Source of the DNA: Promethearchaeota archaeon
Lineage (GTDB): Archaea > Asgardarchaeota > Heimdallarchaeia > Hodarchaeales > Hodarchaeaceae
Direction: 5' to 3'
Length of the DNA: 64,000 nucleotides
Assembly: GCA_048938105.1 (NCBI GenBank)
Contig: JBHLMN010000003.1
Span: forward strand, 320,001 to 384,000
Of this stretch, positions 59,496 to 64,000 are shown piece by piece. The translations under genes were made by a program, and so were the position numbers. Position 1 is the first letter of the stretch; each line of letters starts with the position of its first letter. The notes below the pieces were generated by a model. It was not told where the DNA came from. It ran no database searches and saw only the letters and a program-made list of their open reading frames with translations.

Positions 59496-59913
59496 TCGCA
59501 AGGAAACCCACTACTTTAGTGGTGGGAGGAATTACGAGTAATAGGGAGAGAGGTGGTTCTCACACCGTTAGACGAGTAACCATACTCTCGGAATTAATTA
59601 AATTGATATTGATTTTAAATTTTCCTAGTTATTGTTTGAAAGCGGTCTAAAACCTTTTTAAATGTGTTTTATGGACAAAACAATTGGCATCCCTGAGATC
59701 CATCTTATTGTATAAGGCAATAAGGTAAGGCACTCACCTATTTGTAGGTGAGAGAGACGGTTGAAGCGATCTTGTCAAGCGATGCACTTTACACCTATCG
59801 CATAATGGTATATCCGTTTTGCGGAGGCTGTCCGTCAATCAGCCTAATGTAGCGGTACTCTACCCCTGTAGTTGCTAGCTACAAGCCAGCGAATTGATTC
59901 GGTGGTAATTGAC
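59496..59913 (+). mobile_element. Non-autonomous IS200/IS605-family remnant (PATE/MITE-like) without tnpA or tnpB
   Basis: Left-end-like hairpin CCCACTAC-TTTA-GTGGTGGG (59507-59526); second hairpin CTCACCTA-TTTG-TAGGTGAG (59733-59752); right-end-like ...CTACAAGCCAGCGAATTGATTCGGTGGTAATTGAC ending at 59913; left boundary uncertain. Confidence 0.65.
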
Positions 59914-59935
59914 ATCTACTATTCATCCTGCCTTT
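59775..59935 (+). ncRNA. Putative TnpB-type omegaRNA/reRNA scaffold plus flanking guide
   Basis: Stems AGGCTG/CAGCCT, TGTAGC/GCTACA and GCCAgCGAAT/ATTCGgTGGT; loop GTCAAT (59834-59839) is complementary to terminal ATTGAC (59908-59913); about 19 nt then a T-rich tract; 5' end uncertain. Confidence 0.55.
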
Positions 59936-60094
59936 TTTCTTTTTCTCATTATTTTAATTCTAGGTAAATGATTTGGAAATATAGTATTAAGTGATTATCA
60001 TTTCTATTAAGTTCTTTAATAACCATTCTGTGCTACAAAGTTTGTTCGATATTTTTTAGGATGTATGAAATTGTGGAAATAAGAGAGATAAATC

Positions 60095-60817
60095 ATGATC
60101 TACAAAGAAAATCTTGAACTGGCGCTAGAAAATGTTGGACGTTATGAACAATACAAATTTATAAGAGCGTGGGGGATTGTCAGTATAATCGTAGGGTTGA
60201 CAAGGTTTTTCTTGGCCTTTATCATCGAAATTTTCTTAACCTGGTTTGTTATTCGTGATCTGTTTAATTTTTCAAGATCTGGTGCAATTTTTTTGGGATT
60301 CTTGAAATCGTTCATTCAAGTTTTTACTCTCATTTTATTAGCTATCATATTCTTCTATAGCTATATTTCTGTAAGAAAGACCATTTTTACAGAAAATCAA
60401 CTAATTTCTCAACGAATAATTAATCTTGGTTTAGCTTTGATAATTTTATATTTATTTGTATTTGTTTTCAGAATTCCTGGGAGTACATATCGAATAGACT
60501 TCATAGGTGTCCTTCTTTGTTATTTTTTGCTTAATAGAAGAACAGAAAATGATTTTAAGGAATTATTATATCAAGGAATTACCCTTTTCCTTGTTCTAGC
60601 TTTTAATTTTGTCTGGCAATTTATTTACATCCTCACTTTTTTGAATTTCAATATTGATATGCCACGTAGTTCAAACGATTTAGCCATTCCAGTCTTTATG
60701 CTCTCTTATTTTATTATAAATTTCGCTATAGCTGCGATTTATGTTGGAACTGGATATTTGTTAATAAAAAAGGCATCGAGAGTTTTGGAAGGAGAAAATG
60801 ATTCTTCAAGGGTTTGA
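60095..60817 (+). CDS. Hypothetical multi-TM membrane protein
   Basis: 240 aa, about 6 hydrophobic helices; overlaps the downstream HTH gene. Confidence 0.7.
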   Translation: MIYKENLELALENVGRYEQYKFIRAWGIVSIIVGLTRFFLAFIIEIFLTWFVIRDLFNFSRSGAIFLGFLKSFIQVFTLILLAIIFFYSYISVRKTIFTENQLISQRIINLGLALIILYLFVFVFRIPGSTYRIDFIGVLLCYFLLNRRTENDFKELLYQGITLFLVLAFNFVWQFIYILTFLNFNIDMPRSSNDLAIPVFMLSYFIINFAIAAIYVGTGYLLIKKASRVLEGENDSSRV

Positions 60818-61133
60818 AATGACAGAATTGAACAAAATACCTGAGGAATTCGAGATTTTCATTCCAACAGTCCGTTTAACTATAATGATTCTACTTTATA
60901 ATCACCAGAAAGTTACTTTTACTGAACTTCAAAGACTTCTAAATCTAACACCAGGAAATCTTGATCATCACCTAAAAAAATTAGAAAACAGCAACTCTAT
61001 CAGGATGTACAAAAAAATTTTTCCGCAGCGCCCGTTAACTGTTATCGAAATCACAGAAACAGGAAAAAAATCATTTCATGAGTATATTACAATCCTTAAA
61101 GGAATATTGAACCAGATTGATACGAATCAATAA
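60798..61133 (+). CDS. Winged-helix transcriptional regulator (HTH_34/ArsR-like)
   Basis: RLTIMILL, FTELQRLL, TPGNLDHHLKKLE, ITETG; real start may be 60819. Confidence 0.85.
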   Translation: MILQGFEMTELNKIPEEFEIFIPTVRLTIMILLYNHQKVTFTELQRLLNLTPGNLDHHLKKLENSNSIRMYKKIFPQRPLTVIEITETGKKSFHEYITILKGILNQIDTNQ

Positions 61134-61217
61134 TCTTATTTTAGCTATCTGATGGGTTAAAAGAAAAACACAAATTAAAATACCATATTTCTCTATCACT
61201 AAATTGTAAACGTGATT

Positions 61218-61892
61218 TCACAGTATTTTCTTTATCTTTTCAGCTCTATCATGTAATCCACGTCTTAAGGTCTGTTCTAATAAGACTTCTAATGGTGGGG
61301 CTTTTATACTATAATTTTTCCAGTTGATTAATTGTAATTGTTTCTCTGCCAAAAAACCAAAATCTTTCTGTATCTGTAAACTTTCATCCTCGAAGACTCC
61401 TCCAATCCATTCTATTCTACTGTGTAAGAAAGCTCTCCCAAACCATTTACAGAACCAATCCTTCGTGTCGGCCACAGGTTCATAAACGTAATCATCTAGA
61501 AGTATCCCCAATTTTAACGCACTTTCATGATCAGTGACCAAATCAATATCACGCGGAATAATTTTCGCACCATATAAGGCTAAAGCGCAACTCCCGGTTA
61601 CCCACCAGTGGAGCGATTCCGATTCTATCAATTCTAAAAAGGCCAATAATGCTTTTTCCCAAGGAATTAGAATCTCATTAGCTGCTTGTTTAAGCATTTC
61701 TTCTGCAATTTCTTTGAATCGCTCAAAATACTTTTCTAGATGTGGAATATCTTTAGGAAAACTTCTTCCAAACCCCTCCTCCAATTCAGGATATTGCAAT
61801 TTTCTTAGAACTGTTCTGTAATTCTCATTAGATGTATTAATTAGAAATACTACTTCTACGCCTTTCTCTTTCCAATCAATTTCCAAAGACAT
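61218..61892 (-). CDS. Nucleotidyltransferase-fold protein
   Basis: WWVTGSCALALYG..PRDIDL (GS..DxD). Confidence 0.7.
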   Translation of the reverse strand: MSLEIDWKEKGVEVVFLINTSNENYRTVLRKLQYPELEEGFGRSFPKDIPHLEKYFERFKEIAEEMLKQAANEILIPWEKALLAFLELIESESLHWWVTGSCALALYGAKIIPRDIDLVTDHESALKLGILLDDYVYEPVADTKDWFCKWFGRAFLHSRIEWIGGVFEDESLQIQKDFGFLAEKQLQLINWKNYSIKAPPLEVLLEQTLRRGLHDRAEKIKKIL

Positions 61893-61967
61893 AATAACTC
61901 ACAATGTTAATAGTATTAAAGATTATTTCCATTATGGGGGAGCTCTATAATTAGATTTTAAGATAAA

Positions 61968-62807
61968 TTATGGTGGTGGCCCATTCCTCACTATCTGTTG
62001 AATATTCTTTGAGGAACCTCGACCAGGATAAATGCACTCAACTATCCATGTCACCCCCGCATCTATATAATCGTATATCCACTGATTTTCCTCTTTTTTA
62101 GCTGATGTAACGACAGGGTGTATCACATCAAAAGGTTCTGAGGTTTTTCGATGTAGTTTAATGTATTTAATGATTTCTTTGATGTCATCTGTCCACAATG
62201 GTTCCTCAAATCCTTCTCTAATAGGAAAAATCCCATTAAATTTTGCTGCTCGTCGAAATGGCTTTTTATTTGGCCAAGTACCCCCAACCCAGATAGGAAT
62301 TGGTTTTTGTACTGGTTTGGGAATGAATTTAACCTCGTTTATCTGAAAGAACTGGCCTTGATAAGAGAATGGCTCACCAGTCCATAGTCCTGTCAAGATA
62401 TCAAGCCCTTCATCTAATTTCTTCCCACGAACTTGAGGGTCATCATCTTCACCAAAATCACGGAATTCAGTATCCACTCCTAACCCAATTCCTAAGATTA
62501 ACCTTCCATTGGACAATCGATCTAATGAAACTGTTTCTCTAGCGACTTTCCATGGTCTTCTTCGCGCTAATGCAGTTACGGTTGTCCCAATTCTAAGCTC
62601 TTTTGTTTTTGTGGCTATCCCTGCCAAGGTTATCCATGGATCAAGTATTGGATTAGCACTGTCTTTATTTAGATGCATATGATCCCAGATGAAAAAACCA
62701 TCCCAATTACTCTCCTCTGCTAGTATTGATAGTTCCAAATAATCTTGAGGGTCTGTAAAGACTCCATGATTAGCAATATAAACACCAAACTTTACATCAG
62801 AACCCAT
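61968..62807 (-). CDS. LLM-class flavin-dependent oxidoreductase (paralog of 51456..52310)
   Basis: WDGFFIWDH, DPW, RRRPWKVARE, LSNGRLILGIGLG, PIWVGG, C-terminal GPP. Confidence 0.9.
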   Translation of the reverse strand: MGSDVKFGVYIANHGVFTDPQDYLELSILAEESNWDGFFIWDHMHLNKDSANPILDPWITLAGIATKTKELRIGTTVTALARRRPWKVARETVSLDRLSNGRLILGIGLGVDTEFRDFGEDDDPQVRGKKLDEGLDILTGLWTGEPFSYQGQFFQINEVKFIPKPVQKPIPIWVGGTWPNKKPFRRAAKFNGIFPIREGFEEPLWTDDIKEIIKYIKLHRKTSEPFDVIHPVVTSAKKEENQWIYDYIDAGVTWIVECIYPGRGSSKNIQQIVRNGPPP

Positions 62808-63061
62808 TCAAGCCACCTACAAATTATATAATGAAAAAAAAACAATGTATATTTATACATGGTTATATCAACTGATGATTGATTTAAATTCATAGATAAA
62901 ATCTCTTTTATTTGGGATCATGCGTTCAGATATTCTGGATCATAAGGGGAGGAGTGATAAGAACTGATATTCTTTAAGTATAGCTTGGGAAGAATTTTTA
63001 TAATCTTGGAATGCAAGAAAAGGAGATATAACCTCTAAAAAATAATTCTGAAGAAACAACA

Positions 63062-64000
63062 ATGAAACAACTATCCTTGGTACTAGTATTACTGGTACTT
63101 GTATTAGGATTGAATAACTGGATTATAAAGCCAAAGATTCAAATAAATGATAAAGGGTTTGTCCCCAATACCTTAAGAAATCAATCTAAATTCATAAGCG
63201 CTTCAATTCAAGACCCCCCTGCAGCATTTTTGACAGGAACCTACAGTGATCGCGGAGTGGATATAGATGGAGATGGGAAGTTCAACCAACTGGTTATCGA
63301 TGTAGAGATCAATGTCACCTCTACAGGATCCTATTCCTTATATCTCGAAATAAATTCAACGAAAAACGATATTACCTTTAGCGGAGGAAGTTGGGAGTAC
63401 TGTAACGTTGGGATCCAAATATTGTCTGTATCTATTCATGTTGATGTAGGATTGATTTATTGCTACCGAGTAAACACCTCTTACGTTGTAGATTATATCA
63501 GACTTGAAAATTCGGATCATAACATTCTGGATTGGGTATATACTCCTCATACCACTCGTATCTACAACTATACAGAGTTTGATCCCCCTACAGCATTCTT
63601 AACAGGAACCTACAGTGATCGCGGAGTGGATACAGATGGAGATGGGAAGTTCAACCAACTGGTTATCGATATAGAGATCAATGTCACCTCAGCAGGATCC
63701 TATTACCTAGATCTCGAACTAAGCTCCACGAACGGTAATATTACCTTATATGGAGAAAGTTGGGAGTACTGTAACGTTGGGATCCACACAATGTCTGTAT
63801 CTATTCATGTTAAGGTAGGGTTGATTTATTACTACCGACTAAACACCTCTTACGTGGTAGATTATATTACATTCGAAGATTGGACACGTTTTAACATCTT
63901 AGGTCGGATTTATACACCTCATACCACTCGTATCTACAACTACACCGAGTTTAATCCCCCTGTAGCTTTCTTAACAGGAACCTACAGTGATCGCGGAGTG
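63062..64000 (+). CDS. Secreted tandem-repeat surface protein, partial (runs off the window; not in the ORF track)
   Basis: ATG at 63062, open frame to the window end; MKQLSLVLVLLVLVLGL signal peptide; repeated DPPxAFLTGTYSDRGVDxDGDGKFNQLVIDxEINVT...RIYNYTEF modules. Confidence 0.88.
   Translation, partial: MKQLSLVLVLLVLVLGLNNWIIKPKIQINDKGFVPNTLRNQSKFISASIQDPPAAFLTGTYSDRGVDIDGDGKFNQLVIDVEINVTSTGSYSLYLEINSTKNDITFSGGSWEYCNVGIQILSVSIHVDVGLIYCYRVNTSYVVDYIRLENSDHNILDWVYTPHTTRIYNYTEFDPPTAFLTGTYSDRGVDTDGDGKFNQLVIDIEINVTSAGSYYLDLELSSTNGNITLYGESWEYCNVGIHTMSVSIHVKVGLIYYYRLNTSYVVDYITFEDWTRFNILGRIYTPHTTRIYNYTEFNPPVAFLTGTYSDRGV
63212..64000 (+). repeat. Intragenic tandem repeat of about 369-372 bp (2 full units plus the start of a third)
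   Basis: acaggaacctacagtgatcgcggagtg occurs three times; units start at 63212, 63581 and 63953. Confidence 0.92.

Noticed and set aside
59423-59650. 75-aa plus-strand ORF across the IS-like hairpin, considered as a transposase fragment
   Set aside because: No HUH/Y1 or TnpB motifs; it overlaps the membrane gene on the opposite strand.
333-62346. Many short ORFs (60-130 aa) in the track that overlap long genes on the opposite strand or in another frame
   Set aside because: Shadow ORFs inside well-supported genes, with no recognisable motifs.
63356-63550. 64-aa minus-strand ORF
   Set aside because: It is antisense to the repeat-protein gene starting at 63062.
63212-64000. Repeat pair as a DGR template/variable region or a CRISPR array
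   Set aside because: Differences are not confined to adenines, both copies are in one reading frame, the unit is ~370 bp, and there is no RT or cas gene in the window.
1-64000. tRNA, rRNA, CRISPR arrays, integrases or defence systems
   Set aside because: None recognised by eye; a tRNAscan/Rfam/CRISPR scan would be needed to exclude them formally.

Overview
AT-rich (roughly one-third GC by eye), gene-dense prokaryotic window, most likely archaeal. Evidence: PGF-CTERM-like C-terminal sorting tails, oligo-T terminators, GGTGA/GGAGG Shine-Dalgarno motifs and ArsR-HTH fusion proteins. An Asgard (Heimdallarchaeia-like) origin is my inference, because no marker gene is present. The first ~45 kb is a large beta-glycan utilisation region. 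It holds two GH2, GH130, GH116, two GH94, GH3, GH16, GH17 and two GH5 enzymes, a ROK-NagB-PIG-L-like triple fusion, a Dpp/Opp-type oligosaccharide ABC importer and several membrane-anchored surface proteins, with an AGE/cellobiose 2-epimerase further right at 55 kb. The rest is an accessory stretch of small enzymes and regulators. It also contains an IS200/IS605-derived non-coding element at ~59.5-59.9 kb and the start of a tandem-repeat surface protein running off the right end. Most notable observations: (1) the ABC solute-binding protein appears to be a natural circular permutant of the family-5 SBP fold, tethered by a Thr/Lys stalk and a PGF-CTERM tail; (2) a PUL-like archaeal system of surface-anchored glycanases plus cytoplasmic phosphorylases; (3) an orphan TnpB-type omegaRNA/right-end scaffold with an intact pseudoknot; (4) the ROK-NagB-deacetylase-like fusion; (5) an RHH-PAS-histidine kinase preceded by a structured leader. 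All family calls come from motif recognition, not database searches.
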